Positions 1 through 8,068 of a stretch of 64,000 nt of DNA are shown piece after piece. Position 1 is the stretch's first letter; every line of letters begins with the position of its first letter. Source of the stretch: a virus; IMG/VR virus record IMGVR_UViG_3300045988_094674, positions 59,788 to 123,787 of that record; one strand, written 5' to 3'. The position numbers and the translations under genes were made by a program. Under the pieces are notes generated by a model. That model worked only from the letters and a program-made list of their open reading frames with translations. It was not told where the DNA came from and searched no databases.

Positions 1-129
1 TTCAGTAAAAGTGGAGGCAACCATGCTTACGGCTACATGTCTCCTTATTATAATGAGCACGGTCAGATGTGCTACTACGTTGATGGTCAGATTATTCCTG
101 TCGAGGAGGTGTTAATCGATGTGGACTGA
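1..129 (+). CDS. 3' end of a CDS that begins upstream of the window (hypothetical)
   Basis: Frame 1 is open from base 1 to TGA at 127-129 (...YYVDGQIIPVEEVLIDVD*). No homology recognised. Confidence 0.3.
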   Translation, partial: FSKSGGNHAYGYMSPYYNEHGQMCYYVDGQIIPVEEVLIDVD

Positions 130-319
130 GATTGCTTGGCTTATGACCAAGGCTTATATTATTTTGATTTTTACAGCAACTATGATTCGCTCTGAACAGA
201 TTCTGTATGATGCCTCTACATATATTTTCCGAGGTGATAGGAAGAACGGAATGTATGGCTGTATTGTGACGAATATTTTTATTATCGTATATGCGAGTCT
301 ATGGACGAGGTTTATTTGA
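119..319 (+). CDS. small hydrophobic protein (hypothetical)
   Basis: Track ORF of 66 aa with two hydrophobic segments that fills the gap between neighbouring genes. No homology recognised. Confidence 0.25.
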   Translation: MWTEIAWLMTKAYIILIFTATMIRSEQILYDASTYIFRGDRKNGMYGCIVTNIFIIVYASLWTRFI

Positions 320-320
320 G

Positions 321-971
321 ATGGGATATTTTGAAGATTATAGCTGGTGCGAGCCAGAGGCAGAGTCTCAAGCTGACCAAATTGTATCTAGTGCAATCGA
401 ACAACTAAAAAATCTTGTTTCTGATAGCACTAAGGTTACCATGAAAGAATATCAAGATTTAGAAGCGAGAAAACTCAAACTGCAACATGAAGTTAATGAG
501 CTTGAATACAAAAAACATAAGTCCGAAGAAGAACTTTATAAGCGAATGAACGAACATGATTTACCAAAAGACTTTGTAAATAAAATCGTTGGTGCGTTGA
601 TTGGTGATTTCAAAATTGGAGACGATGCTTGGACGATAGAATCTAAGTATAAGAGTTCCGAGTGCCCATTATGTCATGGAAAAGGAGTTGTCTCTGCAAA
701 AATCAATGAAAGCATAGACTGTGATATCCAATGTCCTAAATGTAACGGATATAAAACAGTCTCAAATCTTTTTTATTATGCACAAAAAAGAAAGATTGTA
801 AGATTTGATATAAGGCTTAATTTTAATAATCTTAACCAAATGTGGGTGGCTGACGAAGATCACATTGTCTTTTATGACGGATATTATCACAGATGCAAAG
901 GCGGCCTTTACAAAACTGAACAGGATGCTATTGACGCAGCCGCCAAGAAGAATGCAGAGGTGGTCAAATGA
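321..971 (+). CDS. hypothetical protein with a DnaJ-type CxxCxGxG zinc-finger pair
   Basis: Track ORF 291-971 with an internal ATG at 321. Charged coiled-coil-like N-terminal half. Motifs CPLCHGKG and CPKCNGYK. Confidence 0.5.
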   Translation: MGYFEDYSWCEPEAESQADQIVSSAIEQLKNLVSDSTKVTMKEYQDLEARKLKLQHEVNELEYKKHKSEEELYKRMNEHDLPKDFVNKIVGALIGDFKIGDDAWTIESKYKSSECPLCHGKGVVSAKINESIDCDIQCPKCNGYKTVSNLFYYAQKRKIVRFDIRLNFNNLNQMWVADEDHIVFYDGYYHRCKGGLYKTEQDAIDAAAKKNAEVVK

Positions 972-1129
972 GAACATTAGAACAAGTAGACCGAGATATT
1001 GAAATTGTAAGACATGATATGCGCGAACTCATGAGAATGCGTCAACCGATTTCTGTCGTTGCCGAAGATTTATTTGAACTTTATGACGAACGAAATGAAA
1101 TCTTGGAATCGATGGGTGATACAAAATGA
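968..1129 (+). CDS. small hypothetical protein (53 aa)
   Basis: ATG at 968 overlaps the upstream TGA, and its own TGA overlaps the nrdG ATG (ATGA junctions at both ends). Too short for the ORF track. Confidence 0.45.
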   Translation: MRTLEQVDRDIEIVRHDMRELMRMRQPISVVAEDLFELYDERNEILESMGDTK

Positions 1130-1680
1130 ACTACGCTAAAATTGTTCCATGTGATATAGCGAATGGCGAAGGGGTGCGCGTCACACTTTTTGTGCAGGGT
1201 TGTGATCACCATTGCCCCAGCTGTCAGAATCCTACTACATGGGACCCGAATGGTGGTCAGCTATTCACAGATGAAACGCTCGATAAAATTATAGATTTAC
1301 TTCGACCTGATTATATTCAGGGGCTTACACTTACTGGTGGAGATCCACTGTATCCAGAGAACAGGGAGATGATTTGCAAAATTCTAATAAGAGTCAGACA
1401 CGAGTTTGAAGGAAGCAAAGACATTTGGATGTGGACTGGATATACATGGGAAGAATTGATTCAACAGGCGGCAGAAGAATTGAAATATCAAACTATTCCG
1501 ACAACTGTAACAATTATTCGAAACATAAACGTGCTAGTCGATGGCCCATATATCGAATCTAAACGAGATATCTCTTTGCCGTACATGGGGAGTTCCAATC
1601 AACGTGTAATCGGCTGTAATAAGAGTTTTGCTTTACGAAGACCAGTCCTTTGGTGGGCTCCAGAAGAGAAAGGAAAATAA
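1126..1680 (+). CDS. nrdG: anaerobic ribonucleoside-triphosphate reductase activating protein (radical SAM)
   Basis: N-terminus MNYAKIVPCDIANGEGVRVTLFVQGCDHHCPSCQN with a CxxxCxxC cluster and a TLTGGDPL motif, typical of NrdG. Confidence 0.85.
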   Translation: MNYAKIVPCDIANGEGVRVTLFVQGCDHHCPSCQNPTTWDPNGGQLFTDETLDKIIDLLRPDYIQGLTLTGGDPLYPENREMICKILIRVRHEFEGSKDIWMWTGYTWEELIQQAAEELKYQTIPTTVTIIRNINVLVDGPYIESKRDISLPYMGSSNQRVIGCNKSFALRRPVLWWAPEEKGK

Positions 1681-1681
1681 T

Positions 1682-2230
1682 ATGGATTTAGGAAACGCAA
1701 CTAAGTATTTTTATGGGCGTCACGGGGCCGTAGAGTCTGTCACTCCAGTTTATCGCCCCAACATTAAAATTAACAAATTACACGACGATGCTCATCTGCC
1801 GACTTATGGCTCTAAAAACGCTACTTGTGCAGACCTGTATGCATACATCGATTTTGATGACGCAACGATTGTAAATAAGAATGGTGACCGTTGCATTATG
1901 ATTCAGCCTCATGAGACTGTTAAAGTACATACTGGTCTGCGGATGGCACCGCCGGAAGGTTGGTATGTCGCTATCTATGCTCGCAGCGGTTTAGCAACTA
2001 AGCTTGGACTTGCTCCTGCGAACAAAATTGGCGTGTGCGATCAAGATTACCGTGGAGAGTATATCGTTGCGCTACATAACCACTCCAATATCCCGCAGAT
2101 GATTACTCATGGTTACCGTATTGCTCAGATGGCAGTTGTTCCGTTCTGGCAGGCTGATTTTGAAGAAGTTTCCGAATTGGACGAAACTGAACGTGGGGCC
2201 GGTGGGTTTGGTTCTACTGGGGTGAAGTAA
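1682..2230 (+). CDS. dut: dUTP diphosphatase
   Basis: ATG at 1682 inside track ORF 1628-2230. dUTPase motifs GVCDQDYRGE and C-terminal RGAGGFGSTG. Confidence 0.85.
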   Translation: MDLGNATKYFYGRHGAVESVTPVYRPNIKINKLHDDAHLPTYGSKNATCADLYAYIDFDDATIVNKNGDRCIMIQPHETVKVHTGLRMAPPEGWYVAIYARSGLATKLGLAPANKIGVCDQDYRGEYIVALHNHSNIPQMITHGYRIAQMAVVPFWQADFEEVSELDETERGAGGFGSTGVK

Positions 2231-2242
2231 TGGAGAGTGTAT

Positions 2243-2566
2243 ATGAAGTATTATACGGTTGAATCTCATGCCGAGAAAGAAGCTCCATTTGGAATTGCAT
2301 GGCAAGTAAAGCTGTTTGACGAGCATACTCTTCTGGAGGAATACGACCATATCTTTTATAACGAGATCGCTGGCTACTGCAAATGCCTTGAGGATATGGG
2401 GTTTATTGAAAATGTTGAAGTCAAAGTTGATATTAAAAGCGAATTGAAGAAGCTACAGGACTTCCAGAAGAGTATCGATGAAATCACGGCGAAGGCCGCG
2501 ATGCTGGAAAATCCTGCAAAAAGTGTAGAAACACCTTCAATTAGAACGAAATATTCATTCTGGTAA
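2243..2566 (+). CDS. hypothetical protein
   Basis: Track ORF. GGAGAG lies 5 nt before the ATG at 2243. No homology recognised. Confidence 0.5.
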   Translation: MKYYTVESHAEKEAPFGIAWQVKLFDEHTLLEEYDHIFYNEIAGYCKCLEDMGFIENVEVKVDIKSELKKLQDFQKSIDEITAKAAMLENPAKSVETPSIRTKYSFW

Positions 2567-2593
2567 AAGGTAAATTTTACGGAGGAAGTTTCT

Positions 2594-2926
2594 ATGGCAT
2601 ACGCAGGCAAAAATGGATACGATAAAGACACTGATATTTTATTTCCGATAGCTACTAATATTATTGGGTGGGTAGGTAAAGCAGATAGAGAAGAGATTCT
2701 TGATCTCAGTTTTGAACGAATTTCCCTTTATCAAGTAGGGAAGATCCTTGAAAAACTTGGCTATCAGAATATTGATATGAGCGAAAACGGATGGGAAATG
2801 GATTACTGGTGGGAGTACGAACTTGCCAATAACGCCAATGATATTCCAAACCTTCCTTATCGAGTTCAAATTAAAGGAAGTTGCGCAGAGGGCACAATGA
2901 TGCTTAATGTTTTAGATAACGAATAA
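2594..2926 (+). CDS. hypothetical protein
   Basis: Track ORF with GGAGGAAG upstream of the ATG. No homology recognised. Confidence 0.5.
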   Translation: MAYAGKNGYDKDTDILFPIATNIIGWVGKADREEILDLSFERISLYQVGKILEKLGYQNIDMSENGWEMDYWWEYELANNANDIPNLPYRVQIKGSCAEGTMMLNVLDNE

Positions 2927-2962
2927 CTCTAATAGTAGTGGTGGGTGGGAGGAATAAATAAT

Positions 2963-3208
2963 ATGAAACGAAACATCACAATAAATCAGACTTGCACTTG
3001 TAATGGTGATAACTGTACTCAAATTGGAATCATTCGCAACGATGAAGTGTATGTCATGCAAACAAGTTCTCCGAAAAGAGAGGGCCCAGCGGAATTTACA
3101 TGCAGTATGTCTGAGCCAAAACCTCATTTGAAGGATTCCCTTTATAAGATTGTAGAAAAACTAAATAGTCTTATTGGATTGATTATAGATGTGTTTAACG
3201 ATATCTGA
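2963..3208 (+). CDS. hypothetical protein
   Basis: Track ORF 2945-3208. GGGAGG lies upstream of the ATG at 2963. Confidence 0.45.
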   Translation: MKRNITINQTCTCNGDNCTQIGIIRNDEVYVMQTSSPKREGPAEFTCSMSEPKPHLKDSLYKIVEKLNSLIGLIIDVFNDI

Positions 3209-3221
3209 TCAAGGAGATAGT

Positions 3222-3458
3222 ATGAAAGCACATATTCGAGAAGAAAAGAAAACAGCTCCATTAAAACTTGGTAAAGGAACGCTGTTTCAAAATAAAGACG
3301 GCAAAATGTATAAGGTCTGCGACACAGCAGAATATGATGAGACACATACCGACGATGAAGTTATTAAAGTTGCTCTATCTGAAGAAAATAAGGTTCAAGA
3401 AAAAAATCTTAAAGATATTTTTAATAGGTCGTTTGTGTTTGCGGCGAATAATATTTGA
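3222..3458 (+). CDS. hypothetical protein
   Basis: Track ORF 3189-3458. AAGGAG lies 5 nt before the ATG at 3222. Confidence 0.45.
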   Translation: MKAHIREEKKTAPLKLGKGTLFQNKDGKMYKVCDTAEYDETHTDDEVIKVALSEENKVQEKNLKDIFNRSFVFAANNI

Positions 3459-3468
3459 GGAATAAAAT

Positions 3469-3822
3469 ATGGTTTACGACATTAAAACAGTTCCAGAAGA
3501 TACTCCTATATGGTGTACTGGATTTAGATTTGACGATACAAAGGCTGGCATCAAATGTGAGCCTGTCTTTGGTACTTTTGAAGAAAGAAGTTGCTATTCT
3601 AAGTTCCATACCTTGAGTAACAAAACGAGATCAAAAACTTTTAGCGTTGGGGCAAATCCTGATTGTTATCGTTTCGCAGACACTTATGAAGAAGCGGCAA
3701 CTGAATATAATGGTATGATTTTTGCTGCCAAATACGAGCTTATTAAAAAACAAGAATATCTAGAGCAGTGCTTGCTGGCTGATAAGAATGGGTCAGTATA
3801 TAATCGTGTAAGTATGCAGTAA
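3469..3822 (+). CDS. hypothetical protein, paralogue A of 4875-5210
   Basis: Shares TVPED..WCTGFRFDDTKAGI.C.PV.GT and FADTYEEAA..YN.MI blocks with ORF 4875-5210. Confidence 0.55.
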   Translation: MVYDIKTVPEDTPIWCTGFRFDDTKAGIKCEPVFGTFEERSCYSKFHTLSNKTRSKTFSVGANPDCYRFADTYEEAATEYNGMIFAAKYELIKKQEYLEQCLLADKNGSVYNRVSMQ

Positions 3823-3851
3823 AATGTATGTTTTAGAAAGAGTTAAGAATA

Positions 3852-4250
3852 ATGGAAATTTGGGAGTTGAATCTTTTACATGATGGGGATATAGAACGAA
3901 TATGTATGTGCTCTGACGAGCAACCACTATTTGAAATGGCAATCGATAGAGCATTTAATTTATTTGCAAAAATAAATGAGTGGCCGCTTGAACAAGATCA
4001 TTGCCATACTTCTATAAATGTAAACGCGCATCTTCATTCTGTTTTTGTAAAAATCAGTACACAAGGTGACAACACAGTTGAACTCTGGGAGTATAAATGG
4101 GAATGTATTTATAAAGAACCTCATGAAGACAAGTCTAGTGACACCTTACTTCAAAAAGTTGTTTCTCATGTACGAGACATTCCAAAACTATTTTATGATT
4201 GGGCAGATAATTTCTGCTGGAAAGCGAGAAAAAATGGCTATTTGCAGTAA
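3852..4250 (+). CDS. hypothetical protein
   Basis: Track ORF. No homology recognised. Confidence 0.5.
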   Translation: MEIWELNLLHDGDIERICMCSDEQPLFEMAIDRAFNLFAKINEWPLEQDHCHTSINVNAHLHSVFVKISTQGDNTVELWEYKWECIYKEPHEDKSSDTLLQKVVSHVRDIPKLFYDWADNFCWKARKNGYLQ

Positions 4251-4617
4251 ATGTCTACATAAAGAAGTATGCGCTTTTAAGAAGCAAACAAGAGATAGTT
4301 GCGCCGAATCTTGCGAATACTTCCTCGGTTGGGTCAAGGTCTGTGATGAACGTCCGATCCTTTTAAAAGACAACGTTGTAATAAGCGATTACGGTATGTC
4401 GTTTATTGGATATTACGATTACAATAAGAGAGATCGAGAACACTTTTGCGATTCAAACACCCTCGAAAAAATTTATGAATGTCCATCTTACTGGCTGAAA
4501 GGACTTGCTTTACATGAGCAGGAAAAAATCGCTAACAAAGAATATAAACAACGATTGGTGGCTCGCAAAGAATCGGAGAGCGTACTTCAAACTGTTCCTG
4601 ATGCAGACGATAGTTGA
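4234..4617 (+). CDS. hypothetical Cys-rich protein
   Basis: Internal ATG (MAICSKCLHKEVCAF...) of track ORF 4066-4617. Short overlap with the upstream gene. Confidence 0.4.
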   Translation: MAICSKCLHKEVCAFKKQTRDSCAESCEYFLGWVKVCDERPILLKDNVVISDYGMSFIGYYDYNKRDREHFCDSNTLEKIYECPSYWLKGLALHEQEKIANKEYKQRLVARKESESVLQTVPDADDS

Positions 4618-4671
4618 CTTTTTTGACGCAATTTGCAGAGCGTGTGAGAGAATCGAAGGATGGTGTAAGAG

Positions 4672-4824
4672 ATGAGAAAGATGTCACTAAAAGAGATGAA
4701 CAGAATGTACCATCTTCGAGAGCATGGCCGTTCTAAAAAGGTTCGTAAAAAGAATCATCATCGGGCGCAAAAATATCTTAATAGATTTGGTGCCATTCCT
4801 TACGATTACGAAAAATACATTTAA
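4672..4824 (+). CDS. small basic protein (50 aa, hypothetical)
   Basis: ATG at 4672 runs to TAA at 4822-4824. AAGGA lies upstream. Lys/Arg/His-rich. Below the track size cut-off. Confidence 0.3.
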   Translation: MRKMSLKEMNRMYHLREHGRSKKVRKKNHHRAQKYLNRFGAIPYDYEKYI

Positions 4825-4874
4825 GAACTAGACTTTTATGAGGTAACTTATGGGTTGGAGAAAGGAATAAATAT

Positions 4875-5210
4875 ATGACTTATACATTCGATACTGTTCC
4901 AGAAGATAAAGAAGTCTGGTGCACTGGATTTCGATTTGACGATACGAAAGCCGGCATCAATTGCAAGCCGGTACAAGGGACTATTCATGACAAGGATTAT
5001 TGGAAGTCGAAGTTTAAAACAAAAAATCGCACAATCAGCGTGAGTACAAATCAATCGTATTATGCATTTGCTGATACTTACGAAGAGGCCGCACATATTT
5101 ATAATGAGATGATAAACACATTTCTTGTTGAGCTTGATAATAGATACCACAAAATCGCAAGTTCATTAGAAGGCTGCTATCTATCAAATGATCGTGGTGT
5201 GATGTATTAA
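4875..5210 (+). CDS. hypothetical protein, paralogue B of 3469-3822
   Basis: See 3469-3822. Both have a similar GGAATAAA-ATATG start context. Confidence 0.55.
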   Translation: MTYTFDTVPEDKEVWCTGFRFDDTKAGINCKPVQGTIHDKDYWKSKFKTKNRTISVSTNQSYYAFADTYEEAAHIYNEMINTFLVELDNRYHKIASSLEGCYLSNDRGVMY

Positions 5211-5288
5211 AAAAGATCATCTGTTGCAGGTAGAGACACTAACTCCAAGATTGAAGGAAAAATATTTGAGCAGATTGGGGTACTTACT

Positions 5289-5489
5289 GTGACAAGAAAA
5301 CGATATATTAAATTGATTATGTCTTTGCTGTATACACGAAACGAAGCTATCGCTCAAGCAAAATACATTAACGATTTAATGAAAACAGATCCACGTTGCA
5401 CTTATCAAGTTTCGTGTGATGTTATCGATGAATATGATAATCATTGTATTGAAGTGATAAACAAAAAGAAAGCGAAAGAATATGGCTAA
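5289..5489 (+). CDS. hypothetical protein
   Basis: Track ORF with a GTG start. Overlaps the next gene by 8 nt. Confidence 0.4.
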   Translation: MTRKRYIKLIMSLLYTRNEAIAQAKYINDLMKTDPRCTYQVSCDVIDEYDNHCIEVINKKKAKEYG

Positions 5490-5682
5490 AGAATTAGGGT
5501 TTTATAAAGACCAAACAGAATATTATAAAAGATCAATCGAAGATCTACTGCAACATTATACTGATAGCTGTGGCATGTGTACGGTTAATTTAGATTGTAG
5601 TGAATGCGTTGTGGATGATTTTATCAATCAGCTACGAAATATTCTGTATAGTAGTAGTGAGTATAAAGGGGAAAACATATGA
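5482..5682 (+). CDS. hypothetical protein
   Basis: Track ORF. ATGA overlap with the next gene. Confidence 0.45.
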   Translation: MAKELGFYKDQTEYYKRSIEDLLQHYTDSCGMCTVNLDCSECVVDDFINQLRNILYSSSEYKGENI

Positions 5683-6089
5683 AGCTGCTTTTACAGTCTA
5701 ATGGAGGGTTTTCTGGATTCTATAGTAGATTTATTTTGATTGATACAGACCTACACAAAATGGTAAAAACGGATGGCCTTATGAAAGATGGTCTAACTAG
5801 AATAAAATATATTTTGGACTATATCGATAATGAGAAGATTCCAGATGTTGATGATTTTGGCAAATCTCTTTGTCAGGATTTCAATTATGATATTTCACTA
5901 CTTGAATGTTTTTTACCGACCGCCAAAGTTGTCACTAATGAATCCGTCATAATGGACGACATCAATTATGATGTTTATCTATCATCTGAAAACGTTCCGT
6001 ACAGAAAGTTCAGATTGAATTCTTCATCATATCTTGAAAATGACGCTCTCAGCGTAAAGCTTAGGGAACTATTTCAGACATTTTTATAA
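5679..6089 (+). CDS. hypothetical protein
   Basis: Track ORF, translationally coupled to the upstream gene. Confidence 0.5.
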   Translation: MKLLLQSNGGFSGFYSRFILIDTDLHKMVKTDGLMKDGLTRIKYILDYIDNEKIPDVDDFGKSLCQDFNYDISLLECFLPTAKVVTNESVIMDDINYDVYLSSENVPYRKFRLNSSSYLENDALSVKLRELFQTFL

Positions 6090-6100
6090 ACTAGTGTTTT

Positions 6101-6577
6101 ATGAAGCGTGAAAATAATATTTATGTACAAAGAGCAAAAGCTACAGCAAAAACAAAACCACTTGTAGATGACATCGTTAAAACACTATCTTCAGAGGAAC
6201 AGCGGATGCTTGGTGTTTATAACGATGAATATCTAACAATTCCGGCAGGGGGACATGTTATAAAAAGATTTTTAAAAATCAGTGACAATACTCCTGTTGC
6301 GTTTTTTGACCTGTTTGAAGAATGGTCATATATAGATGTAGCGGTTGCAACAAGAAACGATAAAAACTATCGAGGACATGGATATGCATTGAATCTTGCA
6401 CAATCGGCAATTAAATGGTATACAGCTCACAGATCCGATTTTGATAATAAACCGCTATTGTGGATAACTCGAAAAGATAATATGGCATCAAATCAATTGG
6501 CTTTGAAAATTGGGATGCATCCAGATGATACTTACAATAAATCCAACGAAGTTTGGAATTGCTACAGATACTCGTAA
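6101..6577 (+). CDS. GNAT-like N-acetyltransferase (tentative)
   Basis: The stretch ...RNDKNYRGHGYALNLAQSAIKW resembles GNAT motif A (R-x-x-G-x-G/A). Size is about 158 aa. Confidence 0.45.
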   Translation: MKRENNIYVQRAKATAKTKPLVDDIVKTLSSEEQRMLGVYNDEYLTIPAGGHVIKRFLKISDNTPVAFFDLFEEWSYIDVAVATRNDKNYRGHGYALNLAQSAIKWYTAHRSDFDNKPLLWITRKDNMASNQLALKIGMHPDDTYNKSNEVWNCYRYS

Positions 6578-6614
6578 TTTTATAAAACTTGAATTCTTAT
6601 AAAGGAGGTTCACA

Positions 6615-7445
6615 ATGATTATTGACTGCAAATCTATTGCACAAGATATCAAAAATAAAATCAAGAATATTATCGCAGAAGCTGACTATGCTCCTGTTTT
6701 ATATATTTATCAAGTAGGGGACAACCCTGCGTCTAACGCCTATATTCGTGGTAAGCTGCGTGACTGTGAAGAGGTGGGAATCGAAGCGGAGCTTATCAAA
6801 CTGCCAGAAGATATTACGGATGATGAATTAAATAACAAGATACTGGAAGATTATAATTATAATTGGGAAGATGTGGACGGTATCATCGTCCAGCTTCCAC
6901 TGCCAAAACATGTCGATCCTAAAAATATTTGTATTCCAGACGCGGTTGATGTTGATGGTTTTAATTCTACATCTCCATTTCAGCCGTGCACTCCGCTGGG
7001 CGTTATGAAGATTTTCGACGCGATTGGTTACGATTTGGATGGCAAGAATGTGCTTGTGTGTGGTCAATCTGATATTGTGGGTCGTCCACTGGTTGATATG
7101 CTGATTAAGCGGCACTGTAATGTGATCTCTGTGAATAGTACGGGGGATTATATGAAGAATACTGCTTACGTTACAAAACTAGCAAATGTTGTCATCTCTG
7201 CGGTTGGAAAACGTAATTTTATTTCTCATATAGATCTATTCAACACAGATGTCTGCATTGATGTTGGTATCAACTATGACGAGAATGGCAAACAACATGG
7301 TGATTGTTCTGACGATATTTATGAGATGAAAGATATCAAGGTAACCCCTCGTATCGGCGGAGTTGGCCTCATGACCCGTGCCATGCTCTTATATAATGTA
7401 TGTGTGGCTAGATATGGTGAACATAAGATGGAGAGCATCCTATAA
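6615..7445 (+). CDS. folD: bifunctional methylenetetrahydrofolate dehydrogenase/methenyl-THF cyclohydrolase
   Basis: FolD hallmarks: VGDNPASNAYIRGK, GIIVQLPLPKHVD, VDGFN, PCTPLGVMKI, VCGQSDIVGRPL, PRIGGVGLMTRAMLLYN. Confidence 0.85.
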   Translation: MIIDCKSIAQDIKNKIKNIIAEADYAPVLYIYQVGDNPASNAYIRGKLRDCEEVGIEAELIKLPEDITDDELNNKILEDYNYNWEDVDGIIVQLPLPKHVDPKNICIPDAVDVDGFNSTSPFQPCTPLGVMKIFDAIGYDLDGKNVLVCGQSDIVGRPLVDMLIKRHCNVISVNSTGDYMKNTAYVTKLANVVISAVGKRNFISHIDLFNTDVCIDVGINYDENGKQHGDCSDDIYEMKDIKVTPRIGGVGLMTRAMLLYNVCVARYGEHKMESIL

Positions 7446-7472
7446 TATAGATGATAAGAAGTGGAGAACATT

Positions 7473-7667
7473 ATGGAAAGTAAAGAAGCAAAGTTGGTGT
7501 ACACACCAAAAGACATTCAGAAGATGCTGTCACTCAGCAAGAGTGCGGTATACAATCTCATTCGAGACGGCTCTATTCCGTCTGTTAAAATCGGACATTC
7601 CTATAGAGTCGGTGTAACCCAGTTTAATCAATGGTGTAAAGACAATGCAATCGACAAAATTTGCTGA
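7473..7667 (+). CDS. excisionase-type helix-turn-helix DNA-binding protein
   Basis: YTPKDIQKMLSLSKSAVYNLIRDGSIPSVKIGHSYRV fits the excisionase/MerR-like HTH pattern. Lies immediately upstream of the attP-like region and int. Confidence 0.6.
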   Translation: MESKEAKLVYTPKDIQKMLSLSKSAVYNLIRDGSIPSVKIGHSYRVGVTQFNQWCKDNAIDKIC

Positions 7668-7694
7668 TGCGACATGGGTTCTTTGTCGTGGCTA

Positions 7695-7725
7695 GGTTAC
7701 ATCTGGGTTACATTTTAGGTTACAT
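7695..7725. repeat. three direct GGTTACAT repeats (putative integrase arm-type sites, left arm)
   Basis: GGTTACAT at 7695, 7706 and 7718, spaced 11-12 nt (about one helical turn). Confidence 0.6.
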
Positions 7726-7737
7726 AATGCCAAAAAG

Positions 7738-7826
7738 ACAATATGGACTATATGGAAAGAATGGACAATATGCGCCGATTTTCAACAAAGATTTACTGAA
7801 TTATCTGCACTATATGGACAATATGC
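7738..7826. repeat. direct repeats ATGGACAATATGC (x2) plus a related ACAATATGGAC
   Basis: A perfect 13-mer occurs at 7761-7773 and 7814-7826. A related copy lies at 7738-7748. Candidate Xis or accessory-factor sites. Confidence 0.45.
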
Positions 7827-7843
7827 ACTAAAAAGACCGATTT

Positions 7844-7872
7844 GATGGCAGTTCGACTCCCATCGCCTCCAC
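7844..7872 (+). other. attP core candidate: 3'-terminal fragment of an Ala-identity tRNA or tmRNA
   Basis: GATGGCAGTTCGACTCCCATCGCCTCCAC has T-loop-like GTTCGACTCC followed by the acceptor 3' strand CGCCTCC-A-C (U70, A73, first C of CCA). No 5' half of a tRNA is present. Confidence 0.55.
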
Positions 7873-7877
7873 TTCTA

Positions 7878-7920
7878 ACGGCTAGAAATTGACGTTAATT
7901 CGTTGGTTTCTAGCCGTTTT
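7878..7920 (+). terminator. rho-independent terminator after the tRNA/tmRNA fragment
   Basis: CGGCTAGAAA ... TTTCTAGCCG stem followed by TTTT. It would terminate the reconstituted host RNA gene after integration. Confidence 0.55.
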
Positions 7921-7930
7921 CTTTGTAAAA

Positions 7931-7958
7931 ATGTAACCGGTTACATTTTAGGTTGCAT
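7931..7958. repeat. palindromic pair ATGTAACC/GGTTACAT plus degenerate GGTTGCAT
   Basis: ATGTAACCGGTTACAT at 7931-7946 and GGTTGCAT at 7951-7958. Same motif family as the arm repeats. Confidence 0.5.
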
Positions 7959-8002
7959 TTTATTTTGGAATTTGTTACAATGGTGTCGTGAAGATTTTTC
8001 TC

Positions 8003-8034
8003 GGTTACATTTCAGGTTACATAGCTGGTTACAT
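8003..8034. repeat. three direct GGTTACAT repeats (right arm)
   Basis: GGTTACAT at 8003, 8015 and 8027, spaced 12 nt. The ORF track translates them as GYISGYIAGYI. Confidence 0.6.
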
Positions 8035-8068
8035 CAACTGGCGAGATTTTCAAAAAGGAGAGTCTAAA

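Noticed and set aside
7988-8068. An N-terminal extension of the integrase (MKIFLGYISGYIAGYINWRDFQKGESK).
   Set aside because: The GYISGYIAGYI peptide is just the translation of three phased GGTTACAT arm repeats. A good SD (AAAGGAG) precedes the ATG at 8069.
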